Position numbers and translations under genes: made by a program | Notes under the pieces: model-generated | The model's database searches: none | What the model saw: the letters and a program-made list of their open reading frames with translations, nothing else | Told to the model about the DNA's origin: nothing | From: Candidatus Methylomirabilota bacterium | GTDB lineage: Bacteria > Methylomirabilota > Methylomirabilia > Rokubacteriales > CSP1-6 | Assembly (NCBI GenBank): GCA_035457825.1 | Contig: DATIAY010000096.1 | Coordinates: 3,683-67,682, forward strand | Length of the DNA stretch: 64,000 bases | Reading direction: 5' to 3' | In this document: positions 9,729 through 18,562 of the stretch, piece after piece | Layout of the letters: each line of letters begins with the position of its first letter | How positions within the stretch are numbered: position 1 is the stretch's first letter

Positions 9729-10253
9729 TCAGAGGGCGAAGGCGTGGTGACGACTGCCCTCGGCGAGACCTTCCTTTTTGATCTTCCGCTTGATCCGGTC
9801 GCGGGCCACGGGGTCGAGCCGGTCGATGAAGAGCACGCCGTCGATGTGGTCGATCTCGTGCTGCAGTACCCGGGCCAGCAGGTCTTGCCCCTCGATCGTC
9901 ACCGGTTGTCCGTCGAGATCGCGAGCCTCGACGCGCACCCAGGCCGCCCGGCTCACGGGCGCAAAGATCCCGGGGATGGACAGACACCCTTCCTCGGCGG
10001 TCTGCTCCCCGCGGCGATCCACGATGACCGGGTTTACCAGCGGACGCACCTGGCGGGTCCTGTCGTCGGCGATGACGATGAGCCGCAGTGAGATCCCGAC
10101 CTGCGGCGCCGCCAGCCCGATCCCTACCTCGTCGTACATGGTCTCGACCATGTCGTCGACGATCTTCCGGATCTCGGCGGTGATCTCGCCCACTTCGCTG
10201 GCGCGACGCCTCAGCGCGGGATCACCGTACCTCCGCACGCTCAGAACGGCCAT
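9729..10253 (-). CDS. def: Peptide deformylase
   Basis: GIGLAAPQVG, EGCLSIPG and QHEIDH motifs. Confidence 0.95.
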   Translation of the reverse strand: MAVLSVRRYGDPALRRRASEVGEITAEIRKIVDDMVETMYDEVGIGLAAPQVGISLRLIVIADDRTRQVRPLVNPVIVDRRGEQTAEEGCLSIPGIFAPVSRAAWVRVEARDLDGQPVTIEGQDLLARVLQHEIDHIDGVLFIDRLDPVARDRIKRKIKKEGLAEGSRHHAFAL

Positions 10254-12067
10254 TCGACCGGGTCCACCTCGATGTCAATGATACCGCGGTCCCGGGGGCC
10301 TCGCCTCGCCCGGACCTCCCGGAGCGCGACGTCCAGCTGATGCGGGAGATCGGGCCCACCCTTGACCACTACCCGGCGCGCCCGATTGCGTCGGTCACTC
10401 GTCGCCGGGTAGATGGTAAGTCCTGATTCGCCGGCCAGCGCCGCCGCCATCGTCTGCGCTGCCCGCTCGGCCGCCGCCGGCCCGGGCCCGCTGGCGGTGA
10501 TGATGGCCAGTCGCCGGAAAGGTGGATAACCGAGCTCGGCGCGGAAGCGGAGCTCGGGCGCGTAGAACAGGTTCAGCTCCTGCCTGGCCACGGCCTCCAG
10601 CGCATAGTGCGTGGGGTTCTGGGACTGGATGACCAGGGCGCCATCGGGGCGCAGCCGCTCGGCGGCCGCCCAGAGCATGCCGAAGCTCCGCTCGGCGGCG
10701 CGGAAGTCGGGTATGCCGAGCATCTGGTCCGGCGACACGAAGCCTGCGAGGCCGAGCGAGGCCGGGCCGAACAGGCGCAGGGCGCCTCGGGTGCCGATGA
10801 CGATGTCGGCGTTGAGGGCCGCCTCCCGTTGCGCTTCACCACGACGGCCGCGGCCGGCCTCGGGGTCGTAGCGGGCGATACGGGCCTGACTGAAGCGCCG
10901 GCGCACGGCGTGTTCCACTCGCTCCGCGCCCCAGCCGAACGGCGTGAGCCGGCGGCCCCGGCACGTGGGACACGCCTCGGGAAGCCCCACCCCGGTGGCG
11001 CAGAGTCGACAGGCTAGCGTGCGGCCGGCCGGCGAATAGGCCAACGCGATCGCGCACTCCGCGCACTTGAGGATGGTGCCGCACTCGTCGCAGCCGAGCA
11101 TGGAGGCGAGCCGGCTGATACCGAGAAAGGCTCGGCGGCCCGCCGCCAGCGTCTCCCTGATCGCTCGGCTCAGCACGGGCGTGAGCGCCTCGCGCCGCGC
11201 GATGCCACGCGTGTCGGCGATGGTGACCGTCGGCCAGGGAGCCGGCGGTGACGCGTCGAGCCGGGCTCGCCCCACGCTCGCCCGCCACCACACCTCGACG
11301 CTCGGCGTGCCGGCGGTAAGGAGCGCCCGTACCCGGTCGCGCGCCGCCCGTTCAAGCGCCGCCTCGCGCGTGTGCATTCGGGGATGCCCCGGCGGCTTGT
11401 GCCCGATCTCGTGCTCGTCGATCACCGCCAGCCGGCCGCCCGGCGGCAGCGGAGCCAGGAGCGCTCCGCGGGTCCCCACGGCAAAGGTCGCGGCCCCGCT
11501 GGCCAGGGCGGCCCACGCCGCGGTGCGTTCGGCGTCCGACGAGCTCGAGTCCAGGCGGACGGCGTTCCCCAGCTTGGCCAGCCGTTGCGCCCAGCGCGCG
11601 ACGGCGTCGAGATCGGGCGCCAGCACGAGCGCGGGGGAGCCGGAGCCGAGGAGCGCGAGCAGACGCGCCTCGCGTCCCGCCCCGACCAGGACGCTCGGCG
11701 TTGCATCCGCCGGGGGCATGAGCTCGGGACCGGCGGGCTGCGGGGATGGCCGGGGTCGGGCGCCGGCTGGCTCCGGCGGTGGCAGCAGCGCCAGACAGGT
11801 GGAGCCGAAGCTGGCCAGACTCTCCGCGGCGAGCCAGCGGACGAAATCGAGCTGCTCGGGGCCCAGGAGGGGCTGAGGGTCTACCGCCCGCAGCAGGGGC
11901 TTGAGCGCGGCGACGGACGCCTCGCGCAGCGCCACGACGATCCCGACGCGCGGGGCGCCCTTGAGCGGCGCCAGCACCCGCTGGCCGGGCGCTACCCGGC
12001 AATCCTCCGGCACGGCGTACGAGAAGGGATGGTCGAGGGGCGCGTCGAAGGCGACGTCGGCGATCAC
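10241..12067 (-). CDS. priA: Primosomal protein N' (PriA) homologue with degenerate ATPase motifs
   Basis: The N-terminus MIADVAFDAPLDHPFSYAVP and the Cys-rich zinc region CDECGTILKCAECAIALAY...CRLC...CPTCRG are typical of PriA. The Walker A position reads GAGREA, the DEEH position reads DEHE, and motif VI is absent. The protein is 608 aa. Confidence 0.75.
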   Translation of the reverse strand: MIADVAFDAPLDHPFSYAVPEDCRVAPGQRVLAPLKGAPRVGIVVALREASVAALKPLLRAVDPQPLLGPEQLDFVRWLAAESLASFGSTCLALLPPPEPAGARPRPSPQPAGPELMPPADATPSVLVGAGREARLLALLGSGSPALVLAPDLDAVARWAQRLAKLGNAVRLDSSSSDAERTAAWAALASGAATFAVGTRGALLAPLPPGGRLAVIDEHEIGHKPPGHPRMHTREAALERAARDRVRALLTAGTPSVEVWWRASVGRARLDASPPAPWPTVTIADTRGIARREALTPVLSRAIRETLAAGRRAFLGISRLASMLGCDECGTILKCAECAIALAYSPAGRTLACRLCATGVGLPEACPTCRGRRLTPFGWGAERVEHAVRRRFSQARIARYDPEAGRGRRGEAQREAALNADIVIGTRGALRLFGPASLGLAGFVSPDQMLGIPDFRAAERSFGMLWAAAERLRPDGALVIQSQNPTHYALEAVARQELNLFYAPELRFRAELGYPPFRRLAIITASGPGPAAAERAAQTMAAALAGESGLTIYPATSDRRNRARRVVVKGGPDLPHQLDVALREVRARRGPRDRGIIDIEVDPVEWPF

Positions 12068-12068
12068 A

Positions 12069-12758
12069 TCATCGGGACCGGCGCCGGTCGTACTCCCGTT
12101 TGGCGAGCTTCAGGTCCTCCCAGGCCATGCGCTTGTACTCCTGGCCGGGATTCCGGAGGAGAAACGCCGGATGGAACGTGGGGATCAGCACTGCGCCGCC
12201 GAACTGGTGCGTGCGGCCCCGGAGCTTGCCGATGGGATCCCGGGTGCGGAGCAGCGTCTGGGCCGCGACGCTACCCAGCGCGATGACGACCTTGGGCTGG
12301 AGCACGCCAAGCTGAGCGGCCAGCACCGGTGCGCAGGCCGCCAGCTCATCCGGCTCGGGATTGCGATTCCCCGGGGGCCGGCACTTTACCGCATTGCTTA
12401 TGTACACTTCGTCGCGCGCGAGCTGGACCGACTCCAGCATCTTGGTGAGGAGCTGACCGGCGCGGCCGACGAAGGGCTTGCCCTGCGCGTCCTCGTCGGC
12501 CCCCGGGCCCTCACCGATGACGACCAGCTCGGCCCGAGGATTGCCGGCGCCGAACACGATGGTCGTTCGTCCTTCGCAGAGTTTGCACCGGCGGCAGCCC
12601 TGGAGCGCCTGCTCCTGGGCCCGCAGGGACTCGTCAGGGCCGAGGAGGTAGTCGCCGCCCAGCGGAAGGTGGGTGATTCCCAGGTTGCGATGGTGGCGGA
12701 GCGTCTCGCTGACCGCGCCCAGCGCCTCGGCCAGCGCCGCCCGGGGGTCGTCGGGCAT
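12069..12758 (-). CDS. Uracil-DNA glycosylase, family 4
   Basis: CRRCKLCEGRTTIVFGAGNP...VVIGEGPGADED..GKPFVGRAGQLL...CRPPGNRNP. Confidence 0.85.
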   Translation of the reverse strand: MPDDPRAALAEALGAVSETLRHHRNLGITHLPLGGDYLLGPDESLRAQEQALQGCRRCKLCEGRTTIVFGAGNPRAELVVIGEGPGADEDAQGKPFVGRAGQLLTKMLESVQLARDEVYISNAVKCRPPGNRNPEPDELAACAPVLAAQLGVLQPKVVIALGSVAAQTLLRTRDPIGKLRGRTHQFGGAVLIPTFHPAFLLRNPGQEYKRMAWEDLKLAKREYDRRRSR

Positions 12759-12762
12759 ACGG

Positions 12763-13989
12763 CTACCGCGGCACGCGGTTGGTCGTTCGAGCGGCCGCGG
12801 TCCGGAGCGCCAGGACGTGGCTCAGGATGGCGTCGGCCACCTCCGCTTTGGGCATGCGCGGCAGCGCGCGCTCGCCGCCCCAGCGGTCGATGAGGAGCAC
12901 CTGGTTGTCCTCGGCGTCGAAGCCGATGCCCTGCTGGCTCACGTCGTTGGCGACGAGGAGGTCGATCCCCTTAACGGCGAGCTTCGCCCGGGCGTTCGCC
13001 GCCACCTCGTGGGTTTCCGCGGCGAAGCCGACGATGAAGGCGCCCGTCTGTCGGGCCGCGACCTCGGCGAGGATGTCGGGGTTGGGGACCAGCTCGAGAC
13101 TCACCTCGTGCTTGCCCTTCATTTTCATGGGCTCGGCGCGCCTGGCGCGGTAGTCGGCCACGGCCGCCGCCTTGACGACGATGGTGGCGCCGGACAGGTG
13201 CTGCAGGACAGCTTCCCGCATCTCCTCGGCGGTCTGGACGGGCACGAAGACGACGCCGGCGGGCGGCGTGAGCGCGGTGGGCCCGGACACCAGCGTGACT
13301 ACGGCGCCCCGGCGGCGAGCCGCGGTGGCCAGGCCGTAACCCATCTTTCCGGAGGAGCGGTTCGAGATGAACCGTACCGGATCAAGGGGCTCCCGGGTCG
13401 GCCCGGCCGTCACCAGCACATGATCGCCGGCCAGGTCCCGCTGGGGATGCAGTAGCCCGAGAAGGGCCTCGACGATGTGGTCGACCTCGGGCAGGCGACC
13501 CTTGCCGCTGAGTCCGGAGGCAAGCTCGCCCGCGTCGGGCTCGAGTACGGTGACCCCGCGCTCGCGCAGCCGCGCCACGTTGGCCGCCACCGCCGGGTGC
13601 TCCCACATCGCCCCGTCCATGGCCGGCGCCATCAGGACGGGACAGCGTGCGGCCAGCAGGAGCGTGGTGAGGAAATCGTCGGCCAATCCCCCAGCCGCCT
13701 TGGCCAGGAGGTTCGCGGTGGCCGGGGCGACCACGAGGACGTCGGCCCGTTCGGCGAGCGCGATGTGCTCGACGGCCTCGGCGCTCTGCGGGTCGAAGAG
13801 ATCGCTCAGGACAGGACGCGCCGACAGCGTGCGGAAGGTCAGCGGACCCACGAACGCCCGGGCGTGCTCGGTCATGCACACCGTGACCCGGGCGCCGAGC
13901 CGCACCAGCTCCCGCAGCAGGTAGACTGCCTTGTAGGCGGCGATCGACCCGCTGACCCCGAGGATCAGCTCCTTGCCGGCGAGCGTCAT
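12763..13989 (-). CDS. coaBC: Bifunctional phosphopantothenoylcysteine decarboxylase / phosphopantothenate-cysteine ligase
   Basis: ILGVSGSIAAYK, PAMDGAMW, ITNRSSGKMG-like (ISNRSSGKMG) and AAAVADY motifs. Confidence 0.95.
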   Translation of the reverse strand: MTLAGKELILGVSGSIAAYKAVYLLRELVRLGARVTVCMTEHARAFVGPLTFRTLSARPVLSDLFDPQSAEAVEHIALAERADVLVVAPATANLLAKAAGGLADDFLTTLLLAARCPVLMAPAMDGAMWEHPAVAANVARLRERGVTVLEPDAGELASGLSGKGRLPEVDHIVEALLGLLHPQRDLAGDHVLVTAGPTREPLDPVRFISNRSSGKMGYGLATAARRRGAVVTLVSGPTALTPPAGVVFVPVQTAEEMREAVLQHLSGATIVVKAAAVADYRARRAEPMKMKGKHEVSLELVPNPDILAEVAARQTGAFIVGFAAETHEVAANARAKLAVKGIDLLVANDVSQQGIGFDAEDNQVLLIDRWGGERALPRMPKAEVADAILSHVLALRTAAARTTNRVPR

Positions 13990-14201
13990 CAGGCCTTGCT
14001 CTCGCCCTCGTCCTTCATGCGGTACTCGACCTTGGCCTGCGAGATCTCCTCCAGCGCCGTGCTGGTTGGTTTCTTGTACCTCGTCTCCACCCGCGCGGGG
14101 GCGCCCCGGTTGATCTGCCGTGCCCGCTTGGCGGAGAGCACGACCAGGAGATAGCGGTTGGAGACTTTGTTCAGGGCGTTCTCCAGAGAGGGAAAGGCCA
14201 T
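13989..14201 (-). CDS. rpoZ: DNA-directed RNA polymerase subunit omega
   Basis: These are the last 70 codons of ORF 13989..14846: MAFPSLENALNKVSNRYLLVVLSAKRARQI... The rest of that ORF is out of frame inside gmk. Confidence 0.85.
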   Translation of the reverse strand: MAFPSLENALNKVSNRYLLVVLSAKRARQINRGAPARVETRYKKPTSTALEEISQAKVEYRMKDEGESKA

Positions 14202-14203
14202 CG

Positions 14204-14830
14204 TCAACGGTCCTCCATGGGAGTCAGGGTCACATCGGGCAGCGTCAGGGCCAGCCGGTTGGTGCGCGAGCGCTCGGCCACGATGATGGCGGTGAGCTGC
14301 TCCACGGCATCTTTGACGTCGCGGTTCACGATCAAATAGTCGTACTGGCGCCACATCTTGACTTCCTCGCGGGCGCGGTCCAGCCGCCGGGTGATCTCGC
14401 CGGCCGCGTCGGAGCGACGCTCGCGCAGCCGTTGCTCGAGCTCGGCCATCGAGGGGGCCATGATGAATACCAGCACCGCCTCCTGGTAGCGGCGCCGCAG
14501 CTGGGCCGCGCCCTGAGTATCGATGTCGAGCAGGATATCGCGTCCGTCTCCCAGCGCGGTCTCCAAAACGCTCGCGCGAGTGCCGTAGCGGTTGCCGTGC
14601 ACGCTGGCCCACTCGGCGAACTCCCCCTGCTCCCTGAGCTTCTCGAACGTGGCCTCGCTGACGAAATGAAAGTCGGTGCCGGCGATCTCGCCGGGACGGG
14701 GAGGACGGGTGGTGTACGACACCGAGTAGGCGAGGTCGGGCAGGAGGTGGCGGGCCTCCCGGCACAGCGTCGTCTTGCCCGCCCCCGAGGGCGCCGACAC
14801 CACGAAGAGCACGCCCCGGCGCTGGATCAC
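14204..14830 (-). CDS. gmk: Guanylate kinase
   Basis: VVSAPSGAGKTTL, YSVSYTTRPPRPGE, DFHFV. Confidence 0.95.
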   Translation of the reverse strand: MIQRRGVLFVVSAPSGAGKTTLCREARHLLPDLAYSVSYTTRPPRPGEIAGTDFHFVSEATFEKLREQGEFAEWASVHGNRYGTRASVLETALGDGRDILLDIDTQGAAQLRRRYQEAVLVFIMAPSMAELEQRLRERRSDAAGEITRRLDRAREEVKMWRQYDYLIVNRDVKDAVEQLTAIIVAERSRTNRLALTLPDVTLTPMEDR

Positions 14831-14842
14831 CCCGCCCGCCGG

Positions 14843-15727
14843 TCATTCAAGATTCTGCACCTGCTCGCGCATTTTCTCCAGGAGCCCCTTGGCGGCGAGC
14901 GCGGCCTGAGACAGCTCGAGATCGTCGGCCTTGGCGGCCAGCGTGTTGACCTCGCGGTTCATCTCCTGGAGCAGGAAGTCGAGCCCGCGCCCCACCGGAC
15001 CACCCTTGTCGAGCGCCAGCGCGAACTCGTCCAGGTGCACACGCAAACGTGCGATCTCTTCCGTCACGTCGGTCTTCTGAGCCCACACGGCGACCTCGGT
15101 GACGATCCGGGCCTCGTCGACCGGAATGTCGCCCAGCAGGGCCCGCAGCCGCTCGCGCAGCCGTTCCCCGCGGCGGGCGGCGGTGAGCGGAGCCCGCGCC
15201 GTCATCGTCGTCACGCGGCCCCCGAGCTCGGCCAGCAACGCCCGCAACTCGGCGGTCAGGGCTGCTCCCTCGGCCGCGCGCCGGGTCAGGAGCGCATCGA
15301 GCGCCTCACCCACGCCCCGGGCGAGCAGGGACCACAGGCGCTCGGGATCGGGCGCGGCGGCCTCCCGCAGCTCCACCACGCCCGGGCGCTCGAGGATCCA
15401 GCGGAGCAGGCCCTGATCATCGAGACCCAGGCTGTCGGCGAGGCTCCGCGCCTCGTCGTGGTAGCGGCGGGCCAGCGCCGCGTTGATCCTGACGTCCTGT
15501 GCCGGCATACCCGTGGTCGGTGCGAGCTGTGCGATGACGTCGATGCGACCGCGCTCGAGCCGGGCCTGGATGAGACGCCGGACTTCGAGCTCGAGCCCGG
15601 CCAGCCCTGCGGGCAGCCTGAGGGCGATGTCGAGATGACGGTGGTTGACGGAGCGTGCCTCGACGGTGATGACGCAGGACCCATCGCTGGCCTCGGCCCG
15701 ACCGAACCCGGTCATGCTGCGGATCAT
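14843..15727 (-). CDS. yicC: YicC family stress-induced protein
   Basis: MIRSMTGFGRAE...VEARSVNHRHLD and a C-terminal QEMNREVNT motif. Start set at the ATG at 15727, preceded by GGAGA. Confidence 0.85.
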   Translation of the reverse strand: MIRSMTGFGRAEASDGSCVITVEARSVNHRHLDIALRLPAGLAGLELEVRRLIQARLERGRIDVIAQLAPTTGMPAQDVRINAALARRYHDEARSLADSLGLDDQGLLRWILERPGVVELREAAAPDPERLWSLLARGVGEALDALLTRRAAEGAALTAELRALLAELGGRVTTMTARAPLTAARRGERLRERLRALLGDIPVDEARIVTEVAVWAQKTDVTEEIARLRVHLDEFALALDKGGPVGRGLDFLLQEMNREVNTLAAKADDLELSQAALAAKGLLEKMREQVQNLE

Positions 15728-15771
15728 TGAAAGGTCTCCGACGCGGGGGACGGAGCCGGATTCATCAGTGG

Positions 15772-15801
15772 ATGATAGGCGGAATTTGCTTGTAGTGTCA
15801 A
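15772..15801 (-). promoter_or_regulatory. Candidate sigma-70 promoter of yicC (TTGACA-18 nt-TATCAT)
   Basis: The minus strand reads TTGACA ctacaagcaaattccgcc TATCAT. The -35 lies in the left arm of the palindrome at 15795-15819. Confidence 0.45.
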
Positions 15802-15812
15802 TGTGTTGCGAA

Positions 15813-15842
15813 TTGACACGCCGCGCGGCGGCGGCGTACACT
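15813..15842 (+). promoter_or_regulatory. Candidate sigma-70 promoter of the 15866 gene (TTGACA-18 nt-TACACT)
   Basis: TTGACA cgccgcgcggcggcggcg TACACT. The -35 lies in the right arm of the same palindrome. It is followed by the SD GGGGAGGAGG and the GTG at 15866. Confidence 0.45.
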
Positions 15843-15865
15843 CCGGCACCCCGAGGGGAGGAGGC

Positions 15866-16222
15866 GTGACCCGGGTCGCCGTCGGCGCTCTCATCGTGAT
15901 CCTGCTGGCGGCCGCCGCCACCGTGGCCGTGGCCCGGATGCGGGGCAAGTCGGGCTCGCGGGCTTCGATCCTCCTGTCCGTCGTCGCCCACTGGTTGGCC
16001 GCCTACGCGCTCTGGACCCTGGGCGGCGCGCTGGGCCTTCACTGGGGCCTGCTGCACACGTACGAGGCGACCTGGTTCTGGGTGCTAGCCCTGGCGCTGG
16101 GTTTCTGGCAGTACCGCACGCGCGTGGGGACTGGCCCCGAGCCCGCGCTGGCCATTTTCGTGGGCGGGCAGCTCGCCTGGCTCCTGATCGTCGGTGCCCA
16201 GAACGGCCTGTTCACGCCATGA
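15866..16222 (+). CDS. Small integral membrane protein, function unknown
   Basis: There are 3-4 hydrophobic segments (VAVGALIVILLAAAATVAV, ILLSVVAHWLAAYALW, FWVLALALGFW, LAWLLIVGA). A strong SD precedes the GTG at 15866. Confidence 0.5.
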   Translation: MTRVAVGALIVILLAAAATVAVARMRGKSGSRASILLSVVAHWLAAYALWTLGGALGLHWGLLHTYEATWFWVLALALGFWQYRTRVGTGPEPALAIFVGGQLAWLLIVGAQNGLFTP

Positions 16223-16254
16223 GGCCCGGGCGCACCCCGGGCAGGAGGAACGCG

Positions 16255-16560
16255 ATGCAAGTCGTAGATGTGCACGCCCACCGCGGGCCGTTCTTCCGTG
16301 TGCTGCAGCAGACCGAGCGCAGCCAGAGCGCCGTCATGACCATCGCGCCCGGCGCCGATGCCGGCCCGGAGGAGCATCACCAGGGCGACCAGATCATCTA
16401 CGTGATCGAGGGTGAAGCGGTGGTGCGGCTGGGCGCGGCCGAGCGCTCGGTCGGGCCGGGCTCGCTGGTCACGATCCCGGCCGGGCAACCCCATCACGTG
16501 CGCAACCGGGGCCGGTCACCGCTGTTCTTCCTCACGGTATACACGCCGCCCGAGTATTGA
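16255..16560 (+). CDS. Cupin domain protein
   Basis: HHQGDQIIYVIEGEAVV...G.LVTIPAGQPHHVRN two-motif cupin signature. AGGAGG sits 8 nt before the ATG at 16255. Confidence 0.7.
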   Translation: MQVVDVHAHRGPFFRVLQQTERSQSAVMTIAPGADAGPEEHHQGDQIIYVIEGEAVVRLGAAERSVGPGSLVTIPAGQPHHVRNRGRSPLFFLTVYTPPEY

Positions 16561-16645
16561 GGTGCGGCTCCTGTCGGCGCGCTCCCTCATTTGCCCTACC
16601 GCGCCGGCCTTGTCGCCGCCACGGACTTCGGTATTAGATTGGGGG

Positions 16646-17563
16646 GTGGGCGATGCACGGGACGGCGTCCGGCGTCTGGAGAGCACCCTGGGGCGGTGCA
16701 TCCTCGGCAAACCCGAGGTCGTCCGGCTCGCCGTCGTCGGGCTCCTGGCTCGGGGTCACGTCCTCATCGAGGATGCTCCCGGCGTCGGCAAGACCACGCT
16801 GGCGGCCGCGCTGGCCCGCTCCATCGGCGGCCGCTTCCAACGCATCCAGTTCACCTCCGACATGCTGCCCTCCGACATCCTCGGCGTCAGCGTCTGGCAA
16901 CCCGACCGGGGCCAGTTTCTGTTCAAGCCCGGGCCGGTCTTCGCCAACGTCGTTCTGGCCGACGAGATCAACCGGACCACACCGAAGACCCAGTCGAGCC
17001 TCCTCGAGGCCATGAACGAGTCTCAGGTCTCGATCGATCACGCCACGCACCCGCTGCCCCGGCCCTTCATGGTGCTGGCGACCCAGAACCCGCACGAGTA
17101 CGAGGGCACCTATCCGCTGCCGGAATCCCAGCTCGACCGCTTCCTGCTGCGCATCCGCATCGGCTATCCCGAGGCCGTCGACGAGAAGGCGATCCTGCGC
17201 GGCCAGGCGGCGCCGCCCGAACTGGTAGAGCCGGTGCTGAGTGGACAGGAGGTCGCCTCCCTGCAGGGCGAGACGGAACAGGTGGAGATCGACGAATCCG
17301 TCCTCGACTACCTGATGGCGCTGGTCGCCGCCACGCGATCGTCGGCCCTGCTCACCCTGGGGGTGAGTCCGCGCGGATCCCGGGCCCTGCTGCGGGCCGC
17401 GCAGGCCTCCGCGCTCGCCGACGGGCGCGACTACGTGATCCCCGACGACGTCAAGCGGCTGGCCATTCCCGTGCTGGCGCACCGGGTGCTGCCCCGCGCC
17501 GGCGCCGTCGACGGCGACGCCGCCATCCGGACCATTGCCGAGGAGGTCGCCGTCCCGCGGTGA
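16646..17563 (+). CDS. MoxR-like AAA+ ATPase
   Basis: GHVLIEDAPGVGKTTLA, FQRIQFTSDMLPSDILG, LADEINRTTPKTQSSLLEAM, MVLATQNP. The GTG at 16646 is chosen because upstream codons overlap the cupin gene. Confidence 0.9.
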   Translation: MGDARDGVRRLESTLGRCILGKPEVVRLAVVGLLARGHVLIEDAPGVGKTTLAAALARSIGGRFQRIQFTSDMLPSDILGVSVWQPDRGQFLFKPGPVFANVVLADEINRTTPKTQSSLLEAMNESQVSIDHATHPLPRPFMVLATQNPHEYEGTYPLPESQLDRFLLRIRIGYPEAVDEKAILRGQAAPPELVEPVLSGQEVASLQGETEQVEIDESVLDYLMALVAATRSSALLTLGVSPRGSRALLRAAQASALADGRDYVIPDDVKRLAIPVLAHRVLPRAGAVDGDAAIRTIAEEVAVPR

Positions 17564-18561
17564 CGCAGGCGCTCTGGTGGCCGCCGCGGTTCATCCGGCC
17601 TCACCGGGCGATCCATCCCACCCGCGAGGGTTGGTGGTGCCTGCTGGCCGCGGTGGGCCTGGGCCTCACCGCGGTGAACAGCGGTAACAACCTCCTCTAC
17701 CTCCTCGAGTCCATGCTCCTGGGGCTGGTGATCGTCTCTGGCGTCCTCTCCGAGTACTCGATGCGTCGCCTCCGCCTCTCCCCCGTCCTGCCCGAGGACG
17801 TCTACGCCGGACGCCCCGCCGTGGTGGGCGCCCGCATCCTCAACACCAAGCGGCGCGTGCCGGCGCGCTCCATCACGCTGGAAACGGTTGGTACCGAGCG
17901 CACGGTCTCGGTGCCCCGGCTCGCCCCCGGGGCCGAACGGCTGGTGACGTGGGAGCACACCTTCGTGGCCCGCGGCCGGCAGCGTCTTCCCGGTGTGCGG
18001 GTGACCACGCGCTTTCCCTTCGGGCTCTTCGTCAAGGCCGGTCCGGTCGAGCTGGACACCGAAGTGCTCGTTTTTCCCGCGGTGACACCGATCACCGGTG
18101 AGCGTCCGGGCCCGGCCACAGGCGACGGGGTATCGGCAGCGCGCCGGCGTGGTCGGGGCTCCGACCTGCACAATCTTCGCGAATACCGCGACGGAGATGA
18201 TCCGCGGCTCATCCACTGGCGCGTGACCGCCAAGACGGGCGCGACGATGGTCCGGGAGCTCGCGGCCGATATCACCGACGACGTGTGCGTGCTGCTGCGC
18301 GGACGGGGAGTGGCTTCCGCGCGGTTGGAGAGCGGGCTGAGCCGGGCTGCCTCGCTGGTCGTTCACTTCCTCAGGGCCGGCGCTGCCGTGTCCCTGGCGG
18401 GCCCCGGCGTCCGCGTGCCTCCCGGGCGCGGGCGTGAGCAAGCCCGCCGCGTCCTGACCGCGCTCGCCCTCTATGCGCCAGCCGCGACGCCGGACACCGC
18501 GAGCCCGATCGGCCCCGACGCCGAGCCGGCGGGACGCGTGGTGACCGTGGACCTCGACTGA
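17560..18561 (+). CDS. DUF58 domain protein (MoxR partner)
   Basis: Two N-terminal TM segments and the LREYRDGDDPRLIHWRVTAKTG motif. GTGA overlap with the moxR stop. Confidence 0.85.
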   Translation: MTQALWWPPRFIRPHRAIHPTREGWWCLLAAVGLGLTAVNSGNNLLYLLESMLLGLVIVSGVLSEYSMRRLRLSPVLPEDVYAGRPAVVGARILNTKRRVPARSITLETVGTERTVSVPRLAPGAERLVTWEHTFVARGRQRLPGVRVTTRFPFGLFVKAGPVELDTEVLVFPAVTPITGERPGPATGDGVSAARRRGRGSDLHNLREYRDGDDPRLIHWRVTAKTGATMVRELAADITDDVCVLLRGRGVASARLESGLSRAASLVVHFLRAGAAVSLAGPGVRVPPGRGREQARRVLTALALYAPAATPDTASPIGPDAEPAGRVVTVDLD

Positions 18562-18562
18562 C

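Noticed and set aside
13989-14846. 285-aa ORF read as a single gene.
   Set aside because: Only the last 70 codons (rpoZ) make sense. The upstream part is an alternative frame of gmk (14204-14830) with Arg/Pro/Gly-rich nonsense.
15818-15868. Peptide repeat TPRGGGV-HSG-TPRGGGV, encoded with different codons in ORF 15803..16222. This might argue for translation from 15803.
   Set aside because: The second copy is the purine-rich SD (GAGGGGAGGAGG) plus the GTG start read as codons. The predicted promoter would start transcription downstream of 15803. I judged it a coincidence of GC-rich sequence.
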